Assembly (NCBI GenBank): GCA_947253765.1
Contig: CAMYAK010000003.1
Location: 32,371 to 96,370 of the forward strand
From: an uncultured Tissierellia bacterium
Lineage (GTDB): Bacteria > Bacillota > Clostridia > Tissierellales > Peptoniphilaceae
DNA length: 64,000 bases
Direction of reading: 5' to 3'
Made by a program: the position numbers and the translations under genes. This document shows, one piece after another, positions 11,625 to 21,703 of this stretch. The notes beneath the pieces are model-generated. The model saw only the letters and a program-made list of their open reading frames with translations. It did not search any database and had not been told where the DNA came from. Numbering within the stretch: the first letter of the stretch is position 1; every line of letters begins with the position of its first letter.

Positions 11625-12260
11625 TTACTTATTGCAAGCCTTGGCAGCCTGTTTAATAACAACTAGGCCCCCCTTTGGTCCCGGAATTGCTCCTTTGACC
11701 AGGATCACGCCTGCCTCTTCATCTACGCGGACAACAGTCAAATTTTGAACCGTAACTCTCTCATTTCCCATCTTTCCTGAGCCCTTGGTTCCCGGGAAAA
11801 CTCTGGCGGGGAATGAAGCTGCAGCTCTGGCTCCGGCAACCCTATGTGATTTTGAGCCATGGCCCATGGGTCCTCTTCCGTAGTTCCAGCGTTTAATCGC
11901 ACCCTGAGTTCCCTTACCTTTAGAGGTTCCGACTACGTCGACAATTTCTCCCTGTTCGAATATGGAGACCTTGATTTCCCCTCCGAGTTCATAGCTTTCA
12001 GGGTCATCTACGCGAATTTCGCGAACAAATTGCTTAACAGCAACATTAGCCTTGTTGAAATGACCTTTTTCCGGCTTGTTGGTATTCTTTTCTTTCTTGT
12101 CGAGATAACCGACCTGTACTGCGTCATAGCCATCTCTTTCTTTGGTCTTAATCTGAGTTACTACGTTTGGTCCGGCTTGAATAACCGTAACCGGCGTAAC
12201 AACTCCGGCTTCATCAAAAACTTGAGTCATACCAAGTTTTTTACCGAATATTTTTTTCAC
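11625..12260 (-). CDS. rplC: 50S ribosomal protein L3
   Basis: Conserved L3 sequence and position. Confidence 0.9.
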   Translation of the reverse strand: MKKIFGKKLGMTQVFDEAGVVTPVTVIQAGPNVVTQIKTKERDGYDAVQVGYLDKKEKNTNKPEKGHFNKANVAVKQFVREIRVDDPESYELGGEIKVSIFEQGEIVDVVGTSKGKGTQGAIKRWNYGRGPMGHGSKSHRVAGARAAASFPARVFPGTKGSGKMGNERVTVQNLTVVRVDEEAGVILVKGAIPGPKGGLVVIKQAAKACNK

Positions 12261-12311
12261 CTTTACCTCCTTGATTACAGCGGATCACCTTGTGATCATC
12301 CTAACTTGGGG

Positions 12312-12620
12312 TTAGAGCTTAATCTCAATGTCCACGCCTGCGGGCAGATTCAGCTTCTTCAAAGCTTCCAATGTCTTTGCATTGGGGCGAACTATGTCGA
12401 TCAGCCTCTTATGTGTGCGCTGTTCGAACTGTTCACGTGAATCCTTGTGCTTGTGGGGGGATCTCAGAATTGTGATGATCTCCTTGTCCGTCGGCAGTGG
12501 GATGGGGCCTGATACATCTGCGCCTGAGCGTTTGCATGCTTCCACAATCTTCTGTGCTGAAGCATCTATAACCTCATGGTCGTATGCTCTTAGCCGAATC
12601 CTGATTTTCTGATTAGCCAT
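12312..12620 (-). CDS. rpsJ: 30S ribosomal protein S10
   Basis: 102 aa S10 sequence. It is the first gene of the S10 operon and is preceded by an AAGGAGGAAAGG RBS. Confidence 0.9.
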   Translation of the reverse strand: MANQKIRIRLRAYDHEVIDASAQKIVEACKRSGADVSGPIPLPTDKEIITILRSPHKHKDSREQFEQRTHKRLIDIVRPNAKTLEALKKLNLPAGVDIEIKL

Positions 12621-12895
12621 CTTACCTTTCCTCCTTAAACATTTTTACAAGCTCTCAGCCCTTCTATAATATAGAGCCCTATGAACTTGCTTCGTACGGC
12701 GATACACTGAGCCGGGCGTGTCCGTTCCCGACCTTTAAAAAAGAAATACCGCCATGCGACCGCTCGAATTTTCTTCGAACTGCTCAACAGGAATTACCCC
12801 GGCTTACACCAACTCTAGTACGCTGATGTTCAGCGCCTTTAGAGCCCTCGGTGTCCGAGCAACCTCCTGTTTCATCGCTTAGTATTTCAAGACAC
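12621..12895 (-). promoter_or_regulatory. long (about 275 nt) GC-rich, hairpin-rich 5' leader of the S10 ribosomal operon
   Basis: The segment is markedly GC-richer than its flanks and holds several local inverted repeats (e.g. gcgctgaacatcagcg). It lies between the predicted promoter and the rpsJ RBS. Confidence 0.4.
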
Positions 12896-12902
12896 TCTTA
12901 TT

Positions 12903-12930
12903 AGTATAAGGTTTTTTGTGATTTTTGCAA
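12903..12930 (-). promoter_or_regulatory. candidate sigma-A promoter of the S10 operon
   Basis: On the minus strand: TTGCAA, a 16-nt spacer, then TATACT. Confidence 0.35.
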
Positions 12931-12957
12931 GAGTTTTTTAATAAAAAATATAGAAAA

Positions 12958-13004
12958 GAAAAAATGTTCGCCTAGCCCCTTGGTGCCAGGCGAACATTTG
13001 TTTA
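12958..13004. terminator. bidirectional rho-independent terminator (ends the lipoprotein gene and insulates the S10 promoter)
   Basis: A 10-bp perfect stem atgttcgcct / aggcgaacat, flanked by an A-run on one side and a T-run on the other. Confidence 0.55.
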
Positions 13005-13060
13005 ATACTTGTCAACATTACCCATCAATAAACACCATTCGACAATATATCTAACTTTAT

Positions 13061-13660
13061 TTAGATGTTTTTCTTTAAAAAATAATTTACCGTCCAAAAT
13101 AGACTACCATGCGGATCGTACATATAGATAATAAAATATGGCTCCTTGTCTTCTATAAGCGTTCTTTTTTCTTCTGTACTTAAATATTTTGTACTTTCAT
13201 CAATTGATATTTCATATTCTTTTGGAAACATTCCATCTTCCAGTTTTAGTATGTGCGTATCCTCTCCCGGTTTACCGGTATCAATTTTTTCTACCGGTGT
13301 TACGGCTAATCCACCTCCACTTTCAAAGCTTGGATTTAAACTAAACTTTAAATATATCTTTTCTCCATCTTTCCAGAAAGTTGCCCCTTCCTGTTTTTCA
13401 TCAGTCCTTCTTTTAAAATTCAGTTTTATATTAAATTTATCTCCATTAACTTTAACTTTAGGTGATCCAAAATCTATTGGGCTATCGATTTCTTTGGTTT
13501 TTACATTACTCTCATCACTTGATTTGTTTTTCGATGAATCGGAAGAAATATCTAAATCACTGCTGACATCTCTACTTACATTGTTCGTTTTGCATGAAGG
13601 TAGTAAAAAAACTATTAGTATAAAGACAATAAACTTTGTCATTAATTTTTTGTTTTTCAT
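13061..13660 (-). CDS. hypothetical lipoprotein (AT-rich islet)
   Basis: Signal peptide ending LLPSC (lipobox), then a Ser/Asp/Lys-rich linker and a beta-rich domain. I recognise no homolog. Confidence 0.55.
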   Translation of the reverse strand: MKNKKLMTKFIVFILIVFLLPSCKTNNVSRDVSSDLDISSDSSKNKSSDESNVKTKEIDSPIDFGSPKVKVNGDKFNIKLNFKRRTDEKQEGATFWKDGEKIYLKFSLNPSFESGGGLAVTPVEKIDTGKPGEDTHILKLEDGMFPKEYEISIDESTKYLSTEEKRTLIEDKEPYFIIYMYDPHGSLFWTVNYFLKKNI

Positions 13661-13679
13661 AGCACGCTCCTATAAATTG

Positions 13680-14195
13680 CTATTTAAGTTTATTTGCTAC
13701 TTGATAAGTTGCAACAGTTCCCTTCATAGACGCATTCCTTAAGTTAGTCACATTACAATACTCATCTTTTCTTCTAATATATCCTTCCGTGTCAACAATC
13801 TCTGATCCGAAAATTAATTCATACCTTGTATTAGGCTTCAGATCGGTCCATGTCACTCTTTTTGTTACGCTTTGACTCCCCAGTGTTGATCTTAAGTATT
13901 TTACCCCTGCTCCAAAAATCATTAAGTTTACATCGCCCTCAAATCCTCTTTCTACAGTAAGTGAAACGGTATATGTGGTTTCTACAGAAAACTCGGATTT
14001 TGTGCTGCTTTTTTCAACGTAGTGTACATATTCCGGTATTTTACTTCTGTAATTCCGAATCTTATAATAGTAAGTATCAGGTACGCATCTTATTGAACAT
14101 GGTTCCTCATTATTAGATCCCAAGGCAAAGCTTTCTCCTACATTCATAATAAGGATAATAGATAAAATCAATATAAATATAGCCTTTTTCTTCAT
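13680..14195 (-). CDS. hypothetical secreted protein (AT-rich islet)
   Basis: N-terminal signal peptide MKKKAIFILILSIILIMNVGESFA, then Cys-containing and beta-rich sequence. No recognisable family. Confidence 0.5.
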   Translation of the reverse strand: MKKKAIFILILSIILIMNVGESFALGSNNEEPCSIRCVPDTYYYKIRNYRSKIPEYVHYVEKSSTKSEFSVETTYTVSLTVERGFEGDVNLMIFGAGVKYLRSTLGSQSVTKRVTWTDLKPNTRYELIFGSEIVDTEGYIRRKDEYCNVTNLRNASMKGTVATYQVANKLK

Positions 14196-14336
14196 AAGAC
14201 ACCTCCTTTTAGTAATAAATATGATGTGGTAACGTTTGCATTTATTATATCTAATTTTTTATATTACATCAAATATTTATATAGTAAACAGCGTTTAGGT
14301 ATCCTATAATATGAATTTTAGCATTATATCGAAATA

Positions 14337-15371
14337 TTAGGCTCCCATCATTATTTGAGAACAGGCATTGATAAGGGCGTCAACTCCCTCTTCACTGCTT
14401 GACCAAGTGGTGACGAAGCGAACCGAATATAGCCCGTCGCCCTCATAGGCCCAATCCTCAAAAGCAAAGTCTTTTCTCAGCTTTTCAATCTGTTTGCGGT
14501 TAAAGATTGGGAAAATCTGGTTTGATTGGGGTTCCTGTATGAAATTGACCCCAAGATCTTTCAAACCGGCCGCCAATTTATTAGCCAGGTAATTTGCCTT
14601 CTCCGCCAGCCTGTAATAAAGACCGTCCTCAAAAAGGGTCTCGAATTGGATGCCCATGATAAAGCTCTTGGCCAGGATTCCGCCCTTTTGTTTCATGATA
14701 TACCTGAAATCCTCTTTTAGACCTTCATTTACAATTACAAGGGCTTCGCCGAGAAGGGCCCCGTTTTTTGTTCCCCCGATATAAAAGGCATCCGTGTATT
14801 TTACAAAATCCTTCATTATCAGGTCCGAATGGTCTGATGTTAAGGCAGAGCCCATTCTGGCCCCGTCGACAAACAAAAGGAGGTCCTTGGCCCGGCAAAA
14901 ATCGTGAAGGTCTTTCATTTCTTTTTTGTTATAGACAGTTCCAACTTCAGTTGAGTCGGAAATATACACCATGCGGATCTTTACCTGGTTGTCGTGGTTA
15001 TGGCTTTCAAGGACCGGGGCCAAATCGTCCGGCCTAAGCTTCCCATCAACTGTCGGTACTGTAACCACCTTGTGGCCGCAGGCCTCGATTGACCCGGCTT
15101 CATGCTCGTTAATGTGGGCAGTCGTGGCACCCAGTACGGCATGGTGGGGTCTTAGAAAAGCAGCTATCGCTATAAGGTTAGTTCCGGTGCCTCCGGGTAT
15201 GAAATGTATGTCAACCTTGTCGGTTCCCAGTTCCTTGTAAAGCAATTCTTTAGCTCTTGCGCAATGCCGGTCAAGTCCGTAGCCCGGCTGCTTTTCAAGA
15301 GCCAGGGCTTCCATCCTCTTCAAAATTTCAGGATGGGCCAGGCAATTATAGTCATTAACAAAATTATGCAT
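14337..15371 (-). CDS. ltaE: low-specificity threonine aldolase / beta-eliminating lyase family PLP enzyme
   Basis: 344 aa with an N-terminal DYN…HPEIL motif and a fold-type-I PLP enzyme signature resembling threonine aldolases. Confidence 0.55.
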   Translation of the reverse strand: MHNFVNDYNCLAHPEILKRMEALALEKQPGYGLDRHCARAKELLYKELGTDKVDIHFIPGGTGTNLIAIAAFLRPHHAVLGATTAHINEHEAGSIEACGHKVVTVPTVDGKLRPDDLAPVLESHNHDNQVKIRMVYISDSTEVGTVYNKKEMKDLHDFCRAKDLLLFVDGARMGSALTSDHSDLIMKDFVKYTDAFYIGGTKNGALLGEALVIVNEGLKEDFRYIMKQKGGILAKSFIMGIQFETLFEDGLYYRLAEKANYLANKLAAGLKDLGVNFIQEPQSNQIFPIFNRKQIEKLRKDFAFEDWAYEGDGLYSVRFVTTWSSSEEGVDALINACSQIMMGA

Positions 15372-15394
15372 CTGTTATCCTCCACAATGCTTTT

Positions 15395-16165
15395 CTATAA
15401 AGCAAAGTCTTTCAAAAAGTCCTTTAATGAATCTGTCTTCGGATTGTTAAATATCTCTTCCGGGCTGCCCTGCTCGGCCACTCTGCCTTGGGCCAGGTAT
15501 AGAATCCTGTCCGAAACACGCTGAGCAAAGGACATCTCGTGGGTTACAACGAGCATGGTCATGCCCTCTTTAGCAAGCTCCTGCATTACCCTCAGAACCT
15601 CGCCTACATTTTTGGGGTCCAGGGCCGATGTCGGCTCATCGAATAGCAGGATGTCCGGGTCCATACAAAGGGCCCTGGCAATGCCGACTCTCTGCTTTTG
15701 GCCGCCTGATATTTGGTTGGGTCGGGCCTCGATATATTCCTCCATATCCACCTTCTTCAAGGTCTCAATAGCCTTTTCTTTGGCCTCTCTATCGGACCTC
15801 TTCAAAACCGATTTCTGTCCAATTGTGCAGTTGTCAAGAATGGTCATATTGGCAAAGAGGTTAAATGATTGGAACACCATGCCCACCTTGGCCCGGTAGG
15901 CCCTCCTGTTAAAGTTCTTTTTCAAGATACTTTGATCTTTAAAAATAATGTCACCGCCCGTCGGTTCCTCAAGCAGGTTAATGCAGCGGAGCAGGGTTGA
16001 TTTTCCCGTTCCCGAAGCCCCTATAAAACTCATAACTTCATTTTCTTTGACTTCGAAATCTATGTCTTTTAAAACTTGGTTGTCCCCATATGACTTGGCT
16101 AAGTGGCTGACCTTTAATATAGTTTTTTCTCCCCTATGCATGTCTGTCCTCCTAATTAGTTCCAC
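15395..16165 (-). CDS. amino-acid ABC transporter ATP-binding protein
   Basis: Walker [13 protein letters not shown] signature LSGGQKQR and Walker [13 protein letters not shown]. It resembles the GlnQ/polar amino-acid ATPases. Confidence 0.85.
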   Translation of the reverse strand: MELIRRTDMHRGEKTILKVSHLAKSYGDNQVLKDIDFEVKENEVMSFIGASGTGKSTLLRCINLLEEPTGGDIIFKDQSILKKNFNRRAYRAKVGMVFQSFNLFANMTILDNCTIGQKSVLKRSDREAKEKAIETLKKVDMEEYIEARPNQISGGQKQRVGIARALCMDPDILLFDEPTSALDPKNVGEVLRVMQELAKEGMTMLVVTHEMSFAQRVSDRILYLAQGRVAEQGSPEEIFNNPKTDSLKDFLKDFAL

Positions 16166-17714
16166 TTGTAAGATTAAACGGCTTTTCCGGGTTTATCCTC
16201 ATGGATATCTTCTTCAAGATAAAGCCCAGAACCAGGGTAAGGAAGAGATAAATACAGGCGGCTATAAAATAAGCCTGGAAGGTTTTTAGAGTAGATCCCG
16301 CAACACCCTTAGTCACGAAAAATAGCTCGGTTACCGAGATTACATTGAGGACTGAGGTGTCCTTAACATTGACAATAAGCTCATTTCCTATTGATGGGAA
16401 AATCGCTGTAAGGGCCTGGGGCATTACAATTTTGAACATTGTCTGGGCATGGGTCAGACCTATTGCCTTGGCAGCCTCTATCTGGCCTTCATCAACGGAC
16501 TCAATGCCTCCCCTTATTGTCTCGGATAGGTATGCCCCTGTATTGATTGACACTATGAGCAGGGCAGCGAAAATAGCATTCATATCTATATTGAAGAACA
16601 TCTTGGATCCATAATATATGATCATGGCCTGGACCATCATCGGAGTCCCCCTGAATACTTCAACATATATTTTTAAAATCGCCTTAATTATGTTTAAGAA
16701 GAAATCTTTCGGACTTTCAAAAATTTTCCCTGAAGGAATGGTTCTGAGGAGCTGGACTACCAGACCTATTATTAAGCCGAAGGCTGTGGCGAATGCTGAT
16801 ATAAACAGAGTTATCAAGGTTCCTCTAAAGAACATGGGTCCGTATTCCGACCAGATCTTTTGAACATCCTGCATAAAGCCTGCTTGGTTCTCTTCATCCT
16901 TGGCCGTAAGCAGGACCATCCTCTGCATGGCATCCTGTCTCTCTTCTTCGCCAATCTCCGCCATGGCCTTGTTGATCTCGTCTTTGATCGGATCGCCCTT
17001 CCTGACTCCGACAGCTATTGATGTGTCTTCCTCAGACGCCTTAAATCCCTTTCCCTCGTCAAAAACCACAAATGCAAGATCGGGGTTTGCGGCAACAGCA
17101 GACATGGCCCCCGGCCTTTCTGAAACATAGCCATCTATCTTCCCTGTGGTCAGGGCCGTTATCATGGTTGGGAAGTTGTCCAGGGCGGTCTGCTTATCCA
17201 CACCCTTGATTTGATCTATCACATCGTAGTGGAAGGTGTTAAGCTGACCGGTTATCTTGGCTCCTGAAAAATCCTCAAGGCTCTTTGCGCCTGCATACTT
17301 TCCGTCTTTTTTCACAACCATAACCAAGTCAGAAGTATAGTAGGAGTCTGTGAAATCAATGGTCTTCTTTCTCTCCTCTGTAGGACTCATGCCCGCTATT
17401 ATGGCGTCGATCTTTCCTGAAACCAGAGCCGGCGGAAGACCGTCCCAGTCAATCTTTACGATTTCCAGTTCCCTGCCTGTTTTCTTTGCCAGCTGTTCTG
17501 CCATCCAAACATCGTAGCCGTTAGCATACTCACCCTTGCTGTTTGATACGGGGACCGCTCCGTTATCTACAGAAGGCTGAGACCAGTTGAATGGGGAGTA
17601 ATTGACCTCCATCCCTATCCTCAATTTTCCCTGGGCCTGTACATCTTCTCCAAAGATTGACAGAAGTAGGAGGATTCCCAATGCAAGTCCAAATAATTTA
17701 AATATTCTTTTCAT
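16152..17714 (-). CDS. fused amino-acid ABC transporter substrate-binding protein and permease
   Basis: 520 aa: signal peptide, family-3 SBP domain, then a permease domain with an EAA-like loop. It overlaps the ATPase gene. Confidence 0.8.
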   Translation of the reverse strand: MKRIFKLFGLALGILLLLSIFGEDVQAQGKLRIGMEVNYSPFNWSQPSVDNGAVPVSNSKGEYANGYDVWMAEQLAKKTGRELEIVKIDWDGLPPALVSGKIDAIIAGMSPTEERKKTIDFTDSYYTSDLVMVVKKDGKYAGAKSLEDFSGAKITGQLNTFHYDVIDQIKGVDKQTALDNFPTMITALTTGKIDGYVSERPGAMSAVAANPDLAFVVFDEGKGFKASEEDTSIAVGVRKGDPIKDEINKAMAEIGEEERQDAMQRMVLLTAKDEENQAGFMQDVQKIWSEYGPMFFRGTLITLFISAFATAFGLIIGLVVQLLRTIPSGKIFESPKDFFLNIIKAILKIYVEVFRGTPMMVQAMIIYYGSKMFFNIDMNAIFAALLIVSINTGAYLSETIRGGIESVDEGQIEAAKAIGLTHAQTMFKIVMPQALTAIFPSIGNELIVNVKDTSVLNVISVTELFFVTKGVAGSTLKTFQAYFIAACIYLFLTLVLGFILKKISMRINPEKPFNLTSGTN

Positions 17715-17809
17715 GCTTTTTCTCCAAGTCTTCTTCTATTATCTGACAATTCTAAAATAAAAAATCTGATCCTAATATTATATTATCTTAACCCAAAATT
17801 AGGAGCTGA

Positions 17810-17818
17810 TGATATAAT
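17810..17818 (+). promoter_or_regulatory. extended -10 element (TGaTATAAT) upstream of fbp
   Basis: TGnTATAAT lies about 50 nt upstream of the AAAGGAG RBS of fbp. Confidence 0.3.
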
Positions 17819-17868
17819 TATCTGAGAAATCTTTTTCCCAATGCATATTACAGATAAAGGAGTTTACA

Positions 17869-19827
17869 ATGTCCCAATCTCTAACTTTGGAATTGCTGTC
17901 AAAAAAGTTTCCCAATAAGAAAGCTGCAGCCGGCGAGATAATCCGGCTTAAAACCATTATGGCCATGCCAAAGGGGACCGAGTATTTTTTCTCCGATATA
18001 CATGGCGAGGACAAGGCCTTTCTCCATATGCTGAGGTCGGCTTCAGGAAATATTCGCAGGAAGGTCCGAGATGTCTATAAGACCCGTTTATCTGAGGACA
18101 GGCAGAACGAGCTTGCCTCCATCATCTATGATCCCCAATACCAGCTTGAAAAGATGAAGCCCTTCCTGGAAGATGAGCGCTGGGTCAAATCCACAATACT
18201 TTCTTTAGTAGAAATCGCCCGTTTTATCGCATCAAAATATACTAGGGAGGACGTCAGGAGCAAGATGCCGGAACGATATTCCGACTCCCTTTCAGAACTC
18301 TTCTACACAAATGACGGTGAAATTGACCGCCGTCTATATTACTATGCAATCATAGAGGGGATTTTGCAGGAAAAGGCTCAGAGGGACTTCATAGAAGAGC
18401 TTTGCTACATGATCCAAAAGATCTGCGTAAACCACATACATATAATAGGCGACATATTTGATAGGGGGCCTGCTGCCCATAAAATCATGGAAGAACTGAT
18501 AAAGTTCGGCAAACAGGTCGATATCCAATGGGGCAACCACGATGTTGTTTGGATGGGGGCCGCCCTTGGCAACGAGGTGTGCATGATGTCGGTCCTGAGA
18601 AACGCCATCCGATACAACACCTTTGACTGCCTTGAAGATGGCTACGGTATCCACCTCAGGGCCTTGAATAATTTTGCAATGGAGGTTTATGGAGATGACC
18701 CCTGTGACCTCTTTATGCCCAAGATTTATGATGAAAATATCTATGATGTTGTCGATGTCGGTCAAGCCGCAAAAATGCATAAAGCATGTGCTGTCCTTGA
18801 ATTCAAGCTCGAAGGACAGCTATATGAGCGTCACCCGGAATATGGCCTGGATGATAGGATTGTCCTCAAAAATGTCGATTGGAAGACAATGGAATACATT
18901 GCCGACGGCAAGAGGTATCCTCTAAAAGACAAAAACTTCCCCACTATAGATCCCGATGACCCGCTTAAGCTGTCGGACCAGGAAGAAGAGCTCCTGCGTG
19001 GAATTAAGGCTTCATTCACCCATTCGGAAAGGCTCCAAAGGCACAACACCTTCCTGTTTACTAACGGAAATTCCTACCTGACCTACAACGGCAACCTCCT
19101 TTTCCACGGCTGCCTGCCATTAAAAGAGGACGGATCTTTCGAAGGAATCAACTTTAACGGCCGACTTATGGTAGGAAAAGAGCTGATGGATTATCTGGAT
19201 TATACGGTAACCCAGGCCTACTATGCTCCCAAAGGCAGCATGAAGAAAAAAGAGGCCGTCGACTTTCTCTGGTACCTATGGTGCGGTCCAAAGAGTCCTA
19301 TGTTCGGCAAGGACAAGATGGCAACTTTTGAAAGATATTTTGTGGATGACAAGGACCTTAAAAAAGAAAATCAAAACCCCTATTTCAAGCTTTCAAGGGA
19401 AGAAGAAGTTTGTAACAAGATTCTCGAGGAGTTCGGCTTGAGCACCCACCACGGCCACATAATTAACGGCCATATGCCCGTGAGTTTGAAGAAGGGCGAT
19501 AAACCGGTCAGGGCCAACGGCAAGCTGTTTGTTATTGATGGAGGCATTGCCAAGCCCTATCAGGAAAAGACCGGGATAGCCGGATATACCCTGATTTTCA
19601 ACTCCCACCACCTGGCCTTGGCCATGCATACAGACTACAATGCCCTGTCTAATGACTTGGAGACCTATACTCCACAGGTTGAGACCGTTGACCGCTATGG
19701 CAAGAGGGTTTTAATAGCCGATACTGACCTGGGAAAGAAATTCAAAGACAAGATAACTGTCCTTCACACACTAATGGATGCCTATACCGACGGCATAATC
19801 AAGGAAACAATCGTAACTGAAATGTAG
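17869..19827 (+). CDS. fbp: fructose-1,6-bisphosphatase, class 3
   Basis: 652 aa, the size and metallophosphatase-like motifs (GDIFDRGP, GNHD) of Firmicute class-3 FBPase. Confidence 0.8.
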   Translation: MSQSLTLELLSKKFPNKKAAAGEIIRLKTIMAMPKGTEYFFSDIHGEDKAFLHMLRSASGNIRRKVRDVYKTRLSEDRQNELASIIYDPQYQLEKMKPFLEDERWVKSTILSLVEIARFIASKYTREDVRSKMPERYSDSLSELFYTNDGEIDRRLYYYAIIEGILQEKAQRDFIEELCYMIQKICVNHIHIIGDIFDRGPAAHKIMEELIKFGKQVDIQWGNHDVVWMGAALGNEVCMMSVLRNAIRYNTFDCLEDGYGIHLRALNNFAMEVYGDDPCDLFMPKIYDENIYDVVDVGQAAKMHKACAVLEFKLEGQLYERHPEYGLDDRIVLKNVDWKTMEYIADGKRYPLKDKNFPTIDPDDPLKLSDQEEELLRGIKASFTHSERLQRHNTFLFTNGNSYLTYNGNLLFHGCLPLKEDGSFEGINFNGRLMVGKELMDYLDYTVTQAYYAPKGSMKKKEAVDFLWYLWCGPKSPMFGKDKMATFERYFVDDKDLKKENQNPYFKLSREEEVCNKILEEFGLSTHHGHIINGHMPVSLKKGDKPVRANGKLFVIDGGIAKPYQEKTGIAGYTLIFNSHHLALAMHTDYNALSNDLETYTPQVETVDRYGKRVLIADTDLGKKFKDKITVLHTLMDAYTDGIIKETIVTEM

Positions 19828-19843
19828 AAAAAAGCAGGAGAAG

Positions 19844-20425
19844 TTAACTTCTCCTGCTTTTAAAAAACTCTTTTAACATTTTTGCCGCCTCTTCAGACCT
19901 GACCCCGCCCATAACCGGGAAATGGTGGATTTTTTTCGGATCAGATGTCAGGTCAAAGGCCGAGCCGCAAGCCCCTCTTTCCGGATCGGGTGCGGCAAAT
20001 ACAAGCCGGCCTATTCTTGCGTTTATCAGGGCCCCTGCGCACATGCAGCAGGGTTCCAGGCTCACATACATAGTAAAGTCGTTTAAATACCTTCCCTGAT
20101 CCTTTGAGGCTTTTTCCAAAGCCAGGATCTCAGCGTGGGCAAGTCCGTTTTTCAACTCTTCAACCCGGTTTCCTGAAGCATAAAGCTCAACCCCCTTTTT
20201 TACCATGACACATCCCACAGGAACTTCTCCCCTTTCGCCTGCCTTGACAGCCTCTTCCAAGGCTCTTTTCATATAGAAAGAGTCGATTATTGACCTATTG
20301 ACATATTGGCAAGGTCTCAGTTTCTTTTTGCCTTTTGGTCCCCATTCCATTTTTTTAATAAGGAAGTCTGAATTCAGCTTTTTAAATTTTTCAATTTTAT
20401 TAAATATTCCTAGATTGAATCCCAT
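19844..20425 (-). CDS. tadA: tRNA adenosine(34) deaminase
   Basis: HAEILAL and PCCMCAGAL zinc-binding motifs of the CDA fold. The first ~50 aa of the track ORF may be a start-site overcall. Confidence 0.8.
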   Translation of the reverse strand: MGFNLGIFNKIEKFKKLNSDFLIKKMEWGPKGKKKLRPCQYVNRSIIDSFYMKRALEEAVKAGERGEVPVGCVMVKKGVELYASGNRVEELKNGLAHAEILALEKASKDQGRYLNDFTMYVSLEPCCMCAGALINARIGRLVFAAPDPERGACGSAFDLTSDPKKIHHFPVMGGVRSEEAAKMLKEFFKSRRS

Positions 20426-20428
20426 GGC

Positions 20429-21703
20429 TTATATACTTTCGCCCGTTCCTTCTCTGCCCGGTGTTGTGTCCGCTTTTTTCAAGAAAACATAACCCAGGAT
20501 GAAAAATAGGGACAGGGCTGCAACAGCCAAGTTTATTGAACCGCCCGCATACTTGATTACGGCTATCAATAAGGATCCGAAGAAGGAGGCTCCCTTGGCA
20601 AAAATATCATAAAGACCGAAGTACTGGCCTGAGCTTTCCGCCGGGATTATCCTGCTGTAGTATGACCTTGACAGGGCTTGGATGGCGCCCTGGAACATCC
20701 CGACGCCAAATGCCATTATTCCGAACTGCCATAAGGTTGTCAGGGTAAAGGCGTAAAGGCATACGGCAAGATAACCGAAAATGCAGATGTATAAGAGTTT
20801 TACGGTTTCAACTGTCTTTGAGAGTTTTGAGAATATAAGTGAAAAGGCGAAGGCCACAACCTGGGTTCCAAGTAAGAAAACCACCTGGCCTATTACGTCC
20901 AGACCCAAGTCAGTTCCTATATTAATGGCATTGTTTATTATCGTGCCCACTCCGTCTATGTATAGGAAAAATGAGACCAGAAAGAGGAAGACCTTCTTGT
21001 CTTTCTTGGCAATATGCTTAAGCGTATCCCAGAGCCTTAAAAGGCTTCCCTTTACCGTGTCCCCGCCATCCTCTTCGTAATATATTTGCTTATAATTTTT
21101 CAGCAGCGGGATGCTCACCGCAAACCACCATATCGCCGTGACCGAGCAACCTATAATCCTTGCGGTCCTGCTGTCTATTATGTGCCACATATAGTCGGCA
21201 GCATAGGCAACAAGTGCGATCAAAAAAGGCAGGCAGGATCCTATGTAGCCCCAGGCATAGCCGTGTGATGAAACCGTGTCGCTTCTTTCCGGAGTGGTTA
21301 CATCGGTAAGCATGGAGTCGTAGAAAACAAGCGATGCCGAATATGCAAGCCTTGCCACCATGGCTATTACCAGGAAAACCATAGCGTTTTCTGAAAAACC
21401 TGTCAATATGCAGCCTATTGCGCCTATAGCAAGCGATGTTGTGAAAATCGGCTTCTTCCAGCCCTTGTTGTCGGTCATGGAGCCTAAAATCGGGCCCATT
21501 ATTGCACTTATCAATGTTGCAATGGCAACCGCCATAGCCCAGCTGCCTGTGGCCTTGTCCATTGACATGGCTGAACTTCCGTTAATGGCTAAATCCTTAA
21601 ACCAAATTGGTATCAGGGATACAGTTATCATGGTGAAGGCTGAATTTGCCACGTCATAGAGGACCCATGATTTTTCAAGCTTGTTCATAGAATTCTGCTT
21701 CAT
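20429..21703 (-). CDS. MFS transporter
   Basis: 424 aa with about 12 predicted TM helices. Confidence 0.7.
   Translation of the reverse strand: MKQNSMNKLEKSWVLYDVANSAFTMITVSLIPIWFKDLAINGSSAMSMDKATGSWAMAVAIATLISAIMGPILGSMTDNKGWKKPIFTTSLAIGAIGCILTGFSENAMVFLVIAMVARLAYSASLVFYDSMLTDVTTPERSDTVSSHGYAWGYIGSCLPFLIALVAYAADYMWHIIDSRTARIIGCSVTAIWWFAVSIPLLKNYKQIYYEEDGGDTVKGSLLRLWDTLKHIAKKDKKVFLFLVSFFLYIDGVGTIINNAINIGTDLGLDVIGQVVFLLGTQVVAFAFSLIFSKLSKTVETVKLLYICIFGYLAVCLYAFTLTTLWQFGIMAFGVGMFQGAIQALSRSYYSRIIPAESSGQYFGLYDIFAKGASFFGSLLIAVIKYAGGSINLAVAALSLFFILGYVFLKKADTTPGREGTGESI

Noticed and set aside
11859-12440. 193-aa plus-strand ORF
   Set aside because: It is antisense to rplC and rpsJ. It is a shadow ORF of highly expressed ribosomal genes.
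12700-12860. GC-rich segment as a possible stand-alone RNA gene (SRP, RNase P, tmRNA, 6S, tRNA)
   Set aside because: I could find none of the hallmark conserved motifs of those RNAs. It is more parsimoniously the leader of the S10 operon.
17799-18014. 71-aa minus-strand ORF overlapping the fbp start
   Set aside because: It overlaps the well-supported fbp N-terminus and promoter region and shows no coding signature.
20273-20425. N-terminal 51-aa extension of tadA in the track ORF
   Set aside because: TadA is normally about 150 aa. The extension is probably a start-codon overcall, though neither candidate start has a strong RBS. I kept it as one feature with a note.
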